A DNA stretch of 64,000 bases from Scyliorhinus canicula. Its lineage: Eukaryota. The stretch covers positions 84,419,830 to 84,483,829 of the forward strand of contig NC_052164.1 of assembly GCF_902713615.1 (NCBI RefSeq), in the 5' to 3' direction. Below are positions 24,301 through 36,799 of this stretch, piece after piece. A program made the position numbers and the translations under genes. Below the pieces are notes generated by a model. That model was not told the origin of the DNA, ran no database searches, and worked only from the letters and a program-made list of their open reading frames with translations. Every line of letters starts with the position of its first letter. Positions within the stretch are counted from its first letter, which is position 1.

Positions 24301-25105
24301 ATGGAGCTGTCGGAAAACATGTGCCATAGGAGACTCAGCCTCACCAGGGATACTGTGAGGTACCCGTGCCACATATTTACTGACGTGGCACCATGTGATG
24401 GTGGCAGACACCTGCTCCCTCTGATTGTGAAGGTCACGGCAGCCCTCAATATTTACGCAATAGGGTCGTTCGAGGGCTCTACAGGTGACCTGTGTGGTAT
24501 CTTGCAGCTATCCGCCCAACAGTGAATCCATACACTTTATGCAAAACCTTTTGACTTTATTCATTTTGACCTGGACCATGCCCATCAGGACAAGAGGGCT
24601 ACAGGATCCGGCACATAACTGTTCAGTCACAGGTTCAGGGGGTGATCGACTGAACCTGCATTGCTCCATGAATCCCATGGTATCGGGGAGACCCATTCTT
24701 CAACAGGAAGGGGATCCACTCCATCAATTACCAGCTGGTGTGTGGCCACCAGATGTGGATCATGCACGTGTGTGTGCACATTTTCCAGAGAGCATGCATG
24801 ACCGTTCCACCCTGGGGAAATCGCAGATCCCTGGCATTTCTGAGGGTAACCCCAGGCTGCAGGGATGGCTTGTTGGGGACAAAGGTTATCCGCTGAGGCA
24901 TTGGCTGATTACGCCAGTGCAGATACCTGAGACCACAGCAGAGCACCAGTACAGCGAGGCTCACAGTGCCACCCAGTCTGAGCGGTGCATTGGGCTCTTC
25001 TCAGAAGATGCACTTCTGCTGCCTCGACAGTGTGGCTCTTCAGTACAGTCCCCATAGGCTCTCTCACTGCTGTGCACTACATAACCTGGCTCTGCAGTGG
25101 GGCGA
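24301..25105 (+). pseudogene. Harbinger (HARBI1-like, DDE_Tnp_4) transposase, frameshifted
   Basis: KVTAALNIYAIGSF..GDLCGI; FNRKG.HSIN.QLVC; FPESMHD; GWLVGDKGYPL..WLITP; ERCIGL; CCALHNLA. Confidence 0.9.
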
Positions 25106-26651
25106 CCACCTTCATGAGAGCACCTGGAGGGGTGGCACGTGTCCATGGATGGGGAAGACTTTCAGGAGGAAGTTAAGTCCATACCGCTGAGAATCCAGAG
25201 GATGGAGGCCGGGTCAGAGTGAGATGTCCATGGGCAGGAGGGTGAAGGATCCTTCATTGCCTCCCTGGACTAGCACCGGCATGTCGTCCGGTAGCTCAAC
25301 AGCGCTGCCCCCTCCCCAAGGACGTCATTACCCCTCTGCAACCAGCGGTTGACGGTTCCATATATCTAACTCATCAGGGCATTGGGCAGTCCTTGAGTGC
25401 CTGCTGTCCAGTCAATTCAGGAGGGTGATGTCGACACGCAGTGAGGAATAGTCTTTGATGATCCTTGGCTACTGCTAATGCCTGACTCTTGTCTGTCGGC
25501 TCTCAGTGAGGTTCTGCCCCAAATTTCTTTTGTCCCTTTGCTCTAGAGGGGGATTAGGGGTGAGTGTCTAGGGTTCACTGATTCATGCCTGAATCCTATC
25601 GTTGTGAATGAACCATTCACTATGAGTGGGTCAGACTGTCTGTCTGACATTAAGGGGCAGTGAGAAGAACATTGTCCTGATGGGGAAGATGTCAACTGGG
25701 AAGATGGTTCAAGAATGTGGGGTGTTAAGGTCGTGAACAACAATAACATTTAATTAAGTGACAGGTGTAGATGTAACAAGTTACAATTACCCCAAGCTAC
25801 CTGTACCGAACTTCACCTGTGCCTAGGCTGTGCCCCTATAACTCTTTACCTTGCGATCTCCCCTACTAAGTCTAGGTTCTTCCCCAGGATACACATCAGC
25901 CTGCTTCCTTCCATGCCTTGTTGCATGAGATGCCCTTGGCGGGCATCCGCTGGATGGTGGTGACCTGAGTGCCCCAACCTACTTTTGGGTGGCACTGATT
26001 TTGTCGCATCACCCTGTTCTGCCCGCTGCACCTGTGATGCGCCTCCTGGACGTGCTCCAGAGGATCCTCATCCCTACAGGTGCTTGTGGGCCCCTGGCAT
26101 ACTCCAGGGGAAAGAGGGGCAGCTGGAGTGAGCTCCAGAAGTGTCAATGTCATCTGGCGCTGCCAGTCCTGGAGGCCCGCCATTATCTGAACCATACAGT
26201 TGAAACCCTCAGTATGGTTCTCGGACACTGAGCCATGCTTTGGAGTTCTCTTGTTATGGATCTGAAATTTTCCACAAGCTTTGCACTGCAGACTCCACCC
26301 TTGCACTGTTGACCTGGGTGCAACAGAAGGCTTTGGGACTCCTCCATTTGGCCTTGCAGTTGCACAAGTGTTGCTGACAACCTCTTGTGGTATACCCGGC
26401 TCTGCCTTTGCATCGCCAGCAGCTGAGGGATGAATGTGTCCAGTGGCGCGGCACCTGGCTGGGGCACAGCTGAATCTTGGGATCCAGCAGACCTCCGACT
26501 GTTTGATCCCTGAAATATTTCTGCCTCCACCTGACGTGTATCAGAAGGAAATGACCCAGGAGCCTGTCTGTTAAATTTGCCCACCAAGGGATGTCTCTGC
26601 AATGGTAGATGATGTGAGTGATTGCAGTTAACCGTCATCCATGTTCTCCTA

Positions 26652-28010
26652 CAAAGAGCTAAGAGCAAAGAGGATACAGCACATGAACAGGCCTTTCGGC
26701 CCTCCAAACCTGTATCGATCATGATTCCCTAACTAAAAACAAAACCTTTTGCCCTTACTCAGTCTGTATCCCTCTATCCCCTCCCTATTCATGTATCCAT
26801 CCAGATGCCTCTCAAATGTTGCTAATGTGTCTGCTTGCACCACATCCTCTGGCAGCGTGTTCCAGACACCCACCACTCTCTGCATGAAAAACGCACCCCA
26901 CATATTTCCCATAAACCTTCCCCCTCTCACCTTGAACCTGTGCCCCCTTTTCATTGACACTTCCACCCTTGGAAAAAGCCTCTGACTATCCACCCATCCA
27001 TGCCCCCCATAATTTTGGAGACCACTATCAGGTATCCCTTCAGCCTCCAAGTTTCCAGTGAAAACAATCCTAGTTTAGTGAACCTCTCCTCAGAGCCAAC
27101 ACCCTCAAGACCAGGCAACATGTTGGTGAACCTTTGCACTCTCTCCAAAACTTCAACTTACTTCCGATAATTTGGTGACCAGAACTGCACACAACACTCC
27201 AGATGCGGCTTAACTAAGGTTTTATATAGCTTCAAAATGATTTCCCAACTCTTGTACTTAATGCCTAAGCTGATGAAGGCAAGCATGCCATATACCTTCT
27301 TAATCACCTTGGCCACCTATGATGCCATTTTTAGGGAACTATGGACCAGACTCTATGTATGTTAATGTTCCTAAGGGTTCAGCCATTTGCAGTACAATTC
27401 ATACCTAGATTTGATCCACAGAAATGCATCACCTCCCATTTTCCCGGATTAAACCCCATCTGCCATTTCTGTGCCCAAGTCTCCAATCTATTTATATCCT
27501 GTTGTATCCTCTGACAATCCTTGGCACTCCGCCAATCTTTGTGCCATCCGCAAACTTACTAATCAGGCCACCCACATTTTCCTCCATTATTTATATATAC
27601 TACAAACAACACAGGTCCCAACACTAATCCTTGAGGAACACCAGGAGCTACAGATCTCCATTCTGAAAAACACCCTACCTCCGCTACTCTCTGTCTGGAG
27701 CTGGTTTAGCACAGGGCTAAATCGCTGGCTTTTAAAGCAGATCATTACAGACCAGCAGCGCGGATTAAATTCCCGTGCCAGCCTCCCCGAACAGGCGCCG
27801 GAATGTGGTGACGAGGGGCTTTTCACAGTAACTTCATTTGAAGCCTACTTGTGACAATAAGCAATTTTCATTTCATTTCATTCATTTCTTCTCCAAGCCA
27901 GTTCCGTACCCATCTAGCTAGCCCAACCCGAATCCCATGTGATTTTAGTTTTTGTACCAGTCTGCCATGTGCGATCTTGTCAAATGGCTTCCTAAAGTCC
28001 ATACAAATGC
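26652..28010 (-). mobile_element. CR1 LINE fragment inserted in the Harbinger element
   Basis: DFRKPFDKIAHGRL; RVQRFTNMLPGL; FFMQRVVGVWNTLP; CR1 tail. Confidence 0.9.
27697..27887 (+). mobile_element. SINE family B nested in CR1
   Basis: Match to 4189-4377. Confidence 0.85.
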
Positions 28011-28569
28011 CTCTGAAATCTCCTCTGAGGTCGTGGCAAGGATGGGCGATGGGGCACAGCTGGTGAATGATCCAGACTTTTCGGTTAATGTTCCTGCAAG
28101 GCATGGAAAATAGTATTTAGTACATGGCCTGATAAAAGGTATAGAGATCTCACCTGAGATTGGTCAACTGGATGAAGGGTCAGTGGCTCCTCACTTTTCT
28201 GTCACAGGCCCACCTTGCTCTCAGCTTAGGCCCACTTCTGTTCCTCCTTTGAGAGCTCCATGGGTCTCCCCTCGAATAGAGTCAGAATCCTCAGTTTGGG
28301 CATCCTACCGCCAGTCTTCCCTTGCTTGCAGCGATTGTGGGCATGCTTCTTCTGCTGGAACACAGATGGGGATGTCAGTTGGACGCTTGGCGGGTCAGAT
28401 GTCAATGATACCTGGCATGTGTGGGCACCTTGCGTAAGCAGGTAGGGGCTGTGATGTGGAGTGGCAAAGGATTTGAGGATTCTGGGGAGAGGTCCGGTGG
28501 TGGGGCCCTGCAAGGAGGAGGATTGTGAGATTGGTAACATGCTATCATATCAGTAAATTCCTTAATCTG

Positions 28570-28762
28570 AGGTTTAACTCAGTTGGCCGGACAGCTGGTT
28601 TGTAATGCAGAGTGATGAGCTGAGATTATCCATGGAGGCCCTGCCTTCTCAAATTAGCTCCTCACCTGTGGTGATCGGCAGATGAAATCACCACCAGTCA
28701 ACTCTCCCCTTCAAAGGGGAATGAAGCCTATGGTCATCTGGGAATGTGGTGACTTCACTTTA
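28570..28762 (+). mobile_element. degraded tRNA-derived SINE (third family)
   Basis: GGTTTAACTCAGTTGG A-box-like head; GGTCATCTGGGA..GACTT tail. Confidence 0.5.
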
Positions 28763-28799
28763 GTCTTGTTTGATGAATTTCATTAATAAATATGTTTGA

Positions 28800-28983
28800 A
28801 TTTTTTTTCATAAATTTAGAGTACCCAATTTTTTTTTTCCCAATGAAGGGCCAATTTAACGTGGCCAAGTCATCTACCCTACACATCTTTTTGGGTTGCA
28901 GGGGTGAGACCCATGCAGACGTGGGGAAAATGTGAATGCTTCACACAGACAGTGACCCGGGGCCGGGATCGAACCTGGGTTCA
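28800..28983 (-). mobile_element. HE1-related SINE with A-rich tail variant
   Basis: HE1 core plus TTGGGTACTCTAAATTTATGAAAAAA tail; similar to 59283-59878. Confidence 0.7.
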
Positions 28984-29479
28984 ATATGCTTGAATTATAA
29001 TGGACAGTTAAATGTGTGCAAAGTGCTGAGAGATACCAATAGGATAAAGTGGAATTAGCTCACATTTATTTTATTCTGAAAGTGTACTTCAGGCTTCCCC
29101 CCTCTTCTTCTACTTAATCCAGATTTGAGTCCAGAAGACAATCTTGGTGTTCTTCACTGCAACAGTTGCTTTTTTAAAGGCATGGTAACAAGAAGTGGGT
29201 GTAATAATTAAGTGCGGCCTCGCTAAGGGTTCAAAATTATAATCTCAGCCAGACAGTGGGTAGCCTCCCTGTTCCTGAGATCATTGGGCGGAAATCACGC
29301 CGATTAAATAATGATGAGGTTGAGGAATTTTCATGAAATGTATGACATTGGGTGGGTCGCGCACTCACCTCATCCTTCACCAACCCCCCCCCCCGCCAAA
29401 ACACGCTCATGGTTAAAATTCACCCCTCTTTAACTAGATTAAGAAATATGATCCTCATATTTATAGGTGTTCTTTATGA

Positions 29480-30105
29480 CTGAGCTTGTGGCACCCTCAT
29501 TTCTGAGTCAGAAGGTTGTGAATTCCAGTCATACTTTAGAAACCTGAGCAAAAGGCTGACACTCCAGTTCTCTACGAGTAGAGTGCTGTATGGTGCAAGT
29601 CCCATCATTCGGATGAGACAAGAAACAAGGTCAAGTCCATCCTCAGTTTCCTCCCACAGTCCAAAGATGTGCAGGTTAGGTGGATTGGCTATGCTAAATT
29701 GCCCTTAGTGTCCAAAAAGGTTGGGTGGGGTTGGGTTACAGGGATAGGGTAGAGGTGTGGGCTTGGGTAAGGTGCTCTTTCCAAGGGCCGGTGCAGACTC
29801 AATGGGCTGAATGGCCTCCTTCTGCACTGTAATTTCTATGAAACTATGAAACTTTCAGGTGGGCAGCATGGGTCCCATGGCATTGTCCTAAAGAAGGACA
29901 GGGGAAATCTTCCCAGTGTCATGGTCGATATTAATCCCTCAGTCAGCATCACTAAAAGAGATGAAATCACTTACTTTGTTGCTGATTGTGGCGTTGTGCT
30001 ATCTGCAAACTGGCTACACCAGTAACCAGATTTCAAAGGTCCTTCATAAACTGTAAAAATCATTGAAATGTGTTCCTGGAGTTAGGAAAGATGCTACATA
30101 AATGA
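29480..30105 (+). mobile_element. old Deu-domain SINE (SacSINE1/AmnSINE-like), split by an HE1 SINE 3' half (29645-29850)
   Basis: CTGAGTCAGAAGGTTGTG..GGCTGACACTCCAG..TTCGGATGAGAC..TCAGGTGG..CCCATGGCA..ATCCCTCA..CATCACTAAAA motifs. Confidence 0.7.
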
Positions 30106-30304
30106 ATGAATAGTAATAAACATCTTAAAATATGTCCTATGAGATGTTTTTGTTACAGTTTTGGAAACTTGAGGTTGTATCAAATGGAAATTGCCAGACT
30201 GACAAGGTTATTTTCTGGAATATAAAGGACATTATTTTGACTATACTCTGGAAGTAAAGTTATATTTGCTTGGTATCCTTCTGTTGAAATGTAAATGGTG
30301 TTTA

Positions 30305-31780
30305 AGAAATATGAGCAAAAGTAGGCCATGTGCTTTTTAAAACCTCCACCCCCATTCAATAGGATCAGGACTCATCTTTTATCTCAACCCTATCCTCTCA
30401 CTTTATCCCCAAATCCCCTCATCATTGGAGGCATAGATCACTAAGGGGCAATTTTAGCATGGCTAATCCACCTAGACCGCACATCATTGGACTGTGGGAG
30501 GAAACCGGAGCACCCGGATGAAACATACGCAGACACTGGGGAAAAGTGCAAACACCACACAGGCAGTCACCCAAGGCCAGAAATTGAACCAGGGTCCCTG
30601 GCGCTGTGAGGTAGCAATGCTAACCACTGCGCCGCTCTTATTATCCAACTACCCATCAACCCTGCTTTTGAATGTATGCAATAACTGATCATCTACAGCC
30701 ATCTCGTGTAGAGAATTCCAAATAACCTTTCAGTGAATACATCTTCCCTAATTTCAGTCTTAAATTATTGACCGCTTATTCTGAGAACGTTGTTGCTCGT
30801 TCTGGGTGAGTGTGCTTTACACTCAATTTGGCTCTGTTTTATTCCTTAGCTCTAGAGTCGCCAGGTATCGTTAAGATACTGCCACAAGATTCAAGTTCAA
30901 GTTCAGACCAATAACTCAATACACCAGTTAGTAAGTTCAAACAAGACACATTTATTATAATACAGCTATCTACTACTTATGCATATAAAACTACAAGACT
31001 AGGCTAATCCTACCACTAACTGGTCAATACTTATCTGGAATAAGGGAACAATGGCCTCTTGCTTTGTCCTGGATCCGCAGGCTTCCAGTTGGTGTGGACT
31101 AAAGGGGTCAGGAGGGTCTACTCTTGTAGCGTGCTTTGTATGACACTTACTTGATGGCGGCTTCTACTGCAAAGGTGTTCTGCTGGGAGGGCCGGCTAAG
31201 AGAACAAATCTGTCCTGGGACCTGACTTTTATAGGTCCCAGGGGCTTTGCGTCCTTTTGGGCGGACCCTCTATAAACCTGCAATTGATTGGGTCTCTTCC
31301 CAATCGATTGATTTGAATTTCCCCAATAACGGGGCTGTTCCTCGATCACCGGGTGGTTCCTTCCACCTTATTGGTGTCCTTTGTCTCAGACCCCACTGGC
31401 GCCGGGATGCCTGACCTTCCATAGAATGTTTCAATTGCAGTTAACTATTGTGTCCATTGTGCCTGGGAATCACCGTGAATCGCTTCATTAATATGTGCAG
31501 CTCGTTAGTTACAATTCTGTCGGGTTTCTGTGGCAGCTAGAATACAGGGGATTCTGCAGACTGCTTGTTTCTTTGCCAATGTCCATTTTACCCTGTAATC
31601 TTTGCGTTCTTCCATTTTGTGTGAGGAAGTGGCCAACCCAGGTGGCAACAACGTGAACCCCGGTTCCAGAATCCCTGGCCAGGGGAAATATCATCCTAAT
31701 GTTGACCCTCTCAAGCCCCTGAAGAATTTCATGTATTTCCATAAAATCATCTCTCGTCCTTCGAAACTGGGGGAAAAAAA
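30305..31780 (-). mobile_element. old CR1 3' fragment interrupted by an HE1 SINE (30430-30635, -) and a solo LTR
   Basis: GTAGGCCAT..CCATTCAATAGGATCA tail; GAGAATTCCA; ILQGLERVNIRMIFPLA. Confidence 0.65.
30791..31650 (-). mobile_element. solo LTR, 860 bp (same family as 19457-20412)
   Basis: TGTTGC...GCAACA perfect inverted ends; 4-bp TSD ACGT. Confidence 0.88.
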
Positions 31781-33013
31781 TGGTCTGGTCTACTCATCCA
31801 TTGTTTCAAATGTGATACTGTCCCTTTTATCGAAATTGTCTTTGTTGAAGGAACCTAAAATAATTACCTTCACATTTGTGAAGGGTTGACTTGCCAAATA
31901 AACGTTTCTTTTCATGGGACTAAATTGATTTTTTTTTTGGCACATTTGAGAGATGTAAAAAGTAATGAAACCTTCTAATAACTGATTGTCAGGAAAAGAA
32001 TTTCAGGAAAAGATGACAGTTGAGATGGGTGGAGAATGTTGTCGGACTGTGAAGTTACGATGTCATGATGGATTCAAACAGGCACATAGCTGAATATAAA
32101 AGTGGCTGAGTGATTGGTAAGCATATTAAATATTTTTACGTTGCACTTCTTTATTGCTTTTAAGATATAATTGAACGGCGATAATGTACTCCTTGTACAG
32201 TCACTCGTTCAGCCTTATCTTTCACTGATTTACTTTTTGCTCATTCTGCAAAGACAATATGCATATGAGACTATTACCATTTAGTTTAATCACACTTGAA
32301 TGAATAGCTAAAACTGATTTGCTCAGAGGTGCCCTTAATGCTGAACGGAGTTCTCTTGAATTTAATGAGGATACTTTGATCAAATACACACACATTTGTC
32401 AACAGCATCGGCTGGCACAATGGGTTAGTGCTTGGAAAGAAAACCATCGCAATGTACTTTGCATGCCCCCTACCAGCTGGCAATCCAACGCTGCCAAAGC
32501 TTCGAGAAGGGCATCGCCTTGTGCTCTCAGCTGTGAAATGGCGCACAAACATTTGTTAAAATGTAATTGTACAACAATGATGGGTTTAATGCTTACGTTG
32601 GTTAAACTGAGGACAAGGTCAAAGATTATTGGCCAACTCAACCCACAGTTAACTTGTTTGGCACTCATTGCACATGGTCCATTGTTGCTCGAACGGATTA
32701 GTTCACAGAAGAGAAAGAGCTCAGAAGGAGGCCATTCGGCCCATCATGTCAGCACCAGCAGCTAAAGCACAGCATTCCACCCCAAACTATTGGACCACTG
32801 AGTAACAAAGAGAGTGTTTTCTGGATTGTATTTTACTTCATTTTTTGATTCCGATGTTTGAGGTCAGTCTATTTTTTTTTAGAAAGAGTGGGTCAATTAA
32901 TCGTGTTCCTGAGAGGACTCCATTGTTTTGTGGCTATGCTGACCAATGAGCTTATCTGATTGTCTGTGACTGTGCTTTGTCATGTTCCCATTTTATTATC
33001 AAACCACAAGCTG

Positions 33014-33858
33014 TGTGTATGTTTCTTGTATTGACCAAATGACCACACAACCAGTATGTTAATTCAAGGACAGTTTATTATTGAACACAAGACTTATCCC
33101 TCTGTGCAATGATACACGCGGCTACGTATTAAACTACACCTATCAACCAAGGTGACCTTTACTTAACTTCTGGATGATCGGCTCTGTGTGGGTAGATAAG
33201 GCCTTTATCTGAGTCCCCACGTGTGTCGGCGGGAAATCGTCAGGTTTGTCTCGGCTGCGGGTCATCTCTCTCTCTCAGGTAGCGATCGCGGGTCTTGAAC
33301 TTGGCTGGTCGTTATGCTGCAATTGGTGTGGACACACGCCGATCCGAAAAGAGACAGAAATCATGGCTGCATGATCTTTTAACTGGCTTGAGTTTTCCCC
33401 ACCCCCTGTGTGGGCAGTTTCTGGGTCACTGTCAATCAATTCCTCAGGGCTCCACCCTCTGATTGTTCACATCCAATCAGGGGCTGCCACATCACTTTTG
33501 GGGTGGGCACTCAGTGGCCAATCCTGGGAGGGTTCTGCCGCCCAGCCTGGAAGATGATGCGATGGACCCGATGGTTCCATTGTTACTTTAATTGCCTTCA
33601 ATGGCCCATTTGCAGGTGTGAATTCCTGCATACTTCTGGGCTGTCTTTTGCAAAGATACAAGCTGCAGCTTGTCTGTGTCCCAAATCTGGCCATAATTCC
33701 CATCATTCTTTGCGGGCACCCATTTTATATGGCCACAGTCAGAATAGTTGGGAAGCAGCTATCCTGCATGGATTTTCTTTCTTTCTTTCAACACTTTGGT
33801 CCAGAATTAAATTAGGCAAAACGTTTGGACTGGTAATTTTCAAATGTTACCACATACA
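33014..33858 (-). mobile_element. solo LTR (ERV-like, distinct subfamily)
   Basis: TGTGTATG...CACATACA ends; flanks GCTG/ACTG; shares GACCAC..GTTTATTAT and GGTAGCGATCG motifs with 19457-20412. Confidence 0.65.
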
Positions 33859-34110
33859 ACTGACAGGCAATTGAACAGATGTCCTCCATCTCTTTGAATG
33901 ATAAGGTGGTAAGGGAAATATAGGAAGTGAATGGCAATATCTATTAACATCACACCCCACAAGGTGTGAAATCTATTAAACTCTCAGTATGTTGTCAGCT
34001 TAGAAACGGCTTTCACAACAACATAAAATTCCAGCACTAATTACTTAGCATTAGTTCTGACAATGAATGCAAACATTGGCAAAGAGCTAGAATTTGTAAC
34101 ATACAACATT

Positions 34111-34303
34111 GGGCTGGATTCTCCGGTCCCTCAGCCTGTGTTTCTCGGGGGTGCGCCATTCGCCAGTGGCGGGACTTTCTCTTCCCGCTGATTGTAAATG
34201 GGATTTTACACTGAAGCCACCCCGTACCACCCAGAAACCCGCGGGTGGGGGTGCTGCACTGCCAGCGGGAACAGAGAACCCCAACAGACGGAGAATTCCA
34301 GCC
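34111..34303. mobile_element. short Harbinger-like MITE
   Basis: TIRs GGGCTGGATTCTCC / GGAGAATTCCAGCC; related to 17045-17288. Confidence 0.75.
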
Positions 34304-35278
34304 AATGTGTTTGTTTCCTCCAAATGCCCTGTTGCCTACCAAACTTTGCAAGGAACAAGTTCTGGTGAAGTGTTAGTTAATCGCTTACAGTGACTCCACA
34401 TTCTGTGGGAGATGATGGAACCTAAAGAAAAATGCAGACGACTTGGCTATTTTCAGTCTTTGCTGTTTCTTAGAGTTTCCTGGCACTCTTGTAAGAAGCA
34501 GAACTTCTATCTTCCTTTCAAGGCAAATGAGGCTGGTAATGCAGAGATGGATCCAGGTCTACCTAAGCTAGAATTCCTATTCCTGAGACTCACTGGGGAC
34601 CCAGCATTCTAGTGCTAGCTGGTTGGACAAGAAAGATAAGTGGTCTGCACTGCTGGACTGGGAATCTGTTCAAGCAATCCTTTAGGAAGGGACTAAAATG
34701 GAAAGATAGATGTTGTTAGTTCCATTCCACCCCACTTTTGCATTGAGAAGTGAAGAACTGATCTGGCTCTGATATGTTAGTTGAGACCATCTTTTACAAG
34801 TCGTCATATAGTTCTTGGGCTTCAATGTAGGACTTTCAAATGACACCATTGGATGTGAGCTTACAAACATTTAACATAATTTCTCTCTCTCTCAATTTAA
34901 GTTGTTAATGTTATATGGAGCATAAGTTTCAATCGTATATCTGATGGAAAAATGACCAGCATTGATATAGCACCTTTTATGACACCAGACATCTCACAAC
35001 ACTGTAGCAAGAGCTAATGAAACACAAGAAACACATCAGGAGTAGGCCATTTGGCCCATCGAGCCTGCTCCATTATTCAGTACGATCATTGCTGTTCTTG
35101 GACTGCAACTCTATTTTCCTGCCTGCTCCCCACATCCCTTAATTCTCTTAGAGGCCAAGTATCTGTCTGTCCCATTACAGCAATCTATTGTATTCAAAAA
35201 TGGAGTATCGACAACCCTGTGTAGTAAGGAATTCACATTAACATTTGCACCAAAGAAATGGTTCAAACTCTGGATCTG

Positions 35279-35657
35279 TGTAGACTGCGTTTACCTTAGC
35301 AGTAACATATACAGGCTACCAACACTTGAAATATTACAACACTATTTTATTAAGCTAGGAACTGTTGAACGTACTTTCACTGTGGGTCAACACTTGTGTT
35401 AGATTAAACTGAAGACCTATGCCTACCCTGACCAGTCTAGACTGTTCGTACATGGTGAAGATCTGTGCTACAAGCTGTGAGCTCTGTCCTTCTCAGAGGC
35501 TGCATCCTGAATGAGCGGGAAAACTAGTGCCCTCTGACTTTATAGTGACCATGCTCTAACTGGTGATTGGCTGCTGTGTTGTGTGTGTTGACTGGTCTTG
35601 CAGTGTGTCAGTCAGTGTGTGTCTGCACCATTATATACTGCTGTGTATATTATGACA
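35279..35657 (-). mobile_element. solo LTR-like element
   Basis: TG...CA ends; CTATAAAG and AATAAA on minus strand; no TSD. Confidence 0.6.
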
Positions 35658-35925
35658 CCGACCTCTGAAAGAGCACACCACCTAGGCACACAACCCGCCT
35701 TATCCCCGTAACACCACCTAACCGTTGGAAACTGAGGGGCAATTTATCATGGCCAATCCACCTAACCTGCACATCTTTGGACTGTGGGAGGAAACCAGAG
35801 CACCTGGAGGAAACCCATGCAGACACAGGGAGCACGTGTAAACTCCACACAGACAGGAACACAAGGCCGGAATCGAACCCGGGTCTCTGGTGTGTGAGGC
35901 AGCAGTGCTAACTGCTGTGCTGCCC
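35658..35925 (-). mobile_element. HE1-type SINE, 3' end missing at the LTR junction
   Basis: GGGCAGCACAGCAGTTAGC head and core. Confidence 0.85.
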
Positions 35926-36596
35926 AATAATAATAAATTAAAGAATTTCAAAAATAAGCAGTACTGTTTTATAGTGAGAATGTAGAGCTTGCTGCCACAT
36001 GGAGTGATTTATGCAGGCAGCGTTGAAACATTGAAGGCAAAACACGAGGCATACATGGGGGAGAATGTCCGGACACAAGTTATACAAGTGCGGGAGGAAA
36101 CCCAAGTGATGCATAAACACAAGCATTGGTCCAAATGACCCATTTCTGTATTGCATTCGCAAAGCTCTTTTCTCACTGGAGATCCCAAATGTGCATAGAC
36201 AGCAGTTAAAATCGGGCAAGCTACCAAAGATAGTACTGAGGATTACGTTTTTTTGTCTAAATATTTTCCACATTTTTTCCAGTTGCAGTAGATGATTATC
36301 TCATGTGAGAACGCTCTCCAGAAACGCTGAATTGACTCTTCAGCAAAACAAATTGATAATTAACTGAGTTTATTATTTTTGAATTGGAATGGACAATAAA
36401 TTTTCCATCTTCATTTGAAAAAGCCTGGAGCCAAAAATCGGCTACGGAAATATAAACAGTCAACATCAGCTAGATTAAACTAGCTATTGTAGATTTGCTA
36501 GGTTACCCAATTTGATGTAATTTTTATAAGATAATGAGAAATTCAGCAGCATGATGTCAACACTGGTATTAGAAGACGTACCTGCAAAAACCAATG

Positions 36597-36799
36597 GGGC
36601 GGGACTTTCCAGCCCCTCCTACCCATGGGGTCCTCCAGTCCCACTGAGGGCTTCTCTCCCCTCCACCCACCCCCGTGGCAGGGTGGGCGGGACATACAAA
36701 ACGCTGTAGGCATTGGCTGGACCAGAAGATCCTTCCAGCAGCCAGTGGGAAACACACCTTTGGTGGGGGAGGCGGAGAGGTGGCAGGAAAATCCCTCCA
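36597..36799. mobile_element. short Harbinger-like MITE (older)
   Basis: TIRs GGGCGGGACTTTCC / GGAAAATCCCTCCA; TSD ATG. Confidence 0.7.

Larger units (their letters stand above)
25860..28352 (-). pseudogene. Harbinger second gene remnant (Myb/SANT-like DNA-binding partner), spliced
   Basis: Exon-like piece about 28194-28352 (TTCCAG acceptor, GTGAG donor) encoding QKKHAHNRCKQGKTGGRMPKLRILTLFEGRPMEL; coiled-coil-like piece at 25900-26600. Confidence 0.55.
22399..28540. mobile_element. decayed autonomous-type PIF/Harbinger transposon, multiply interrupted
   Basis: TIR-like GAGTGGGATTT at 22399; transposase remnant (+) convergent with Myb/SANT-partner remnant (-); right TIR not found. Confidence 0.65.

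Noticed and set aside
24301-25105. Domesticated HARBI1 host gene
   Set aside because: Frameshifts and stops, and it sits in a transposon context with a partner-gene remnant.
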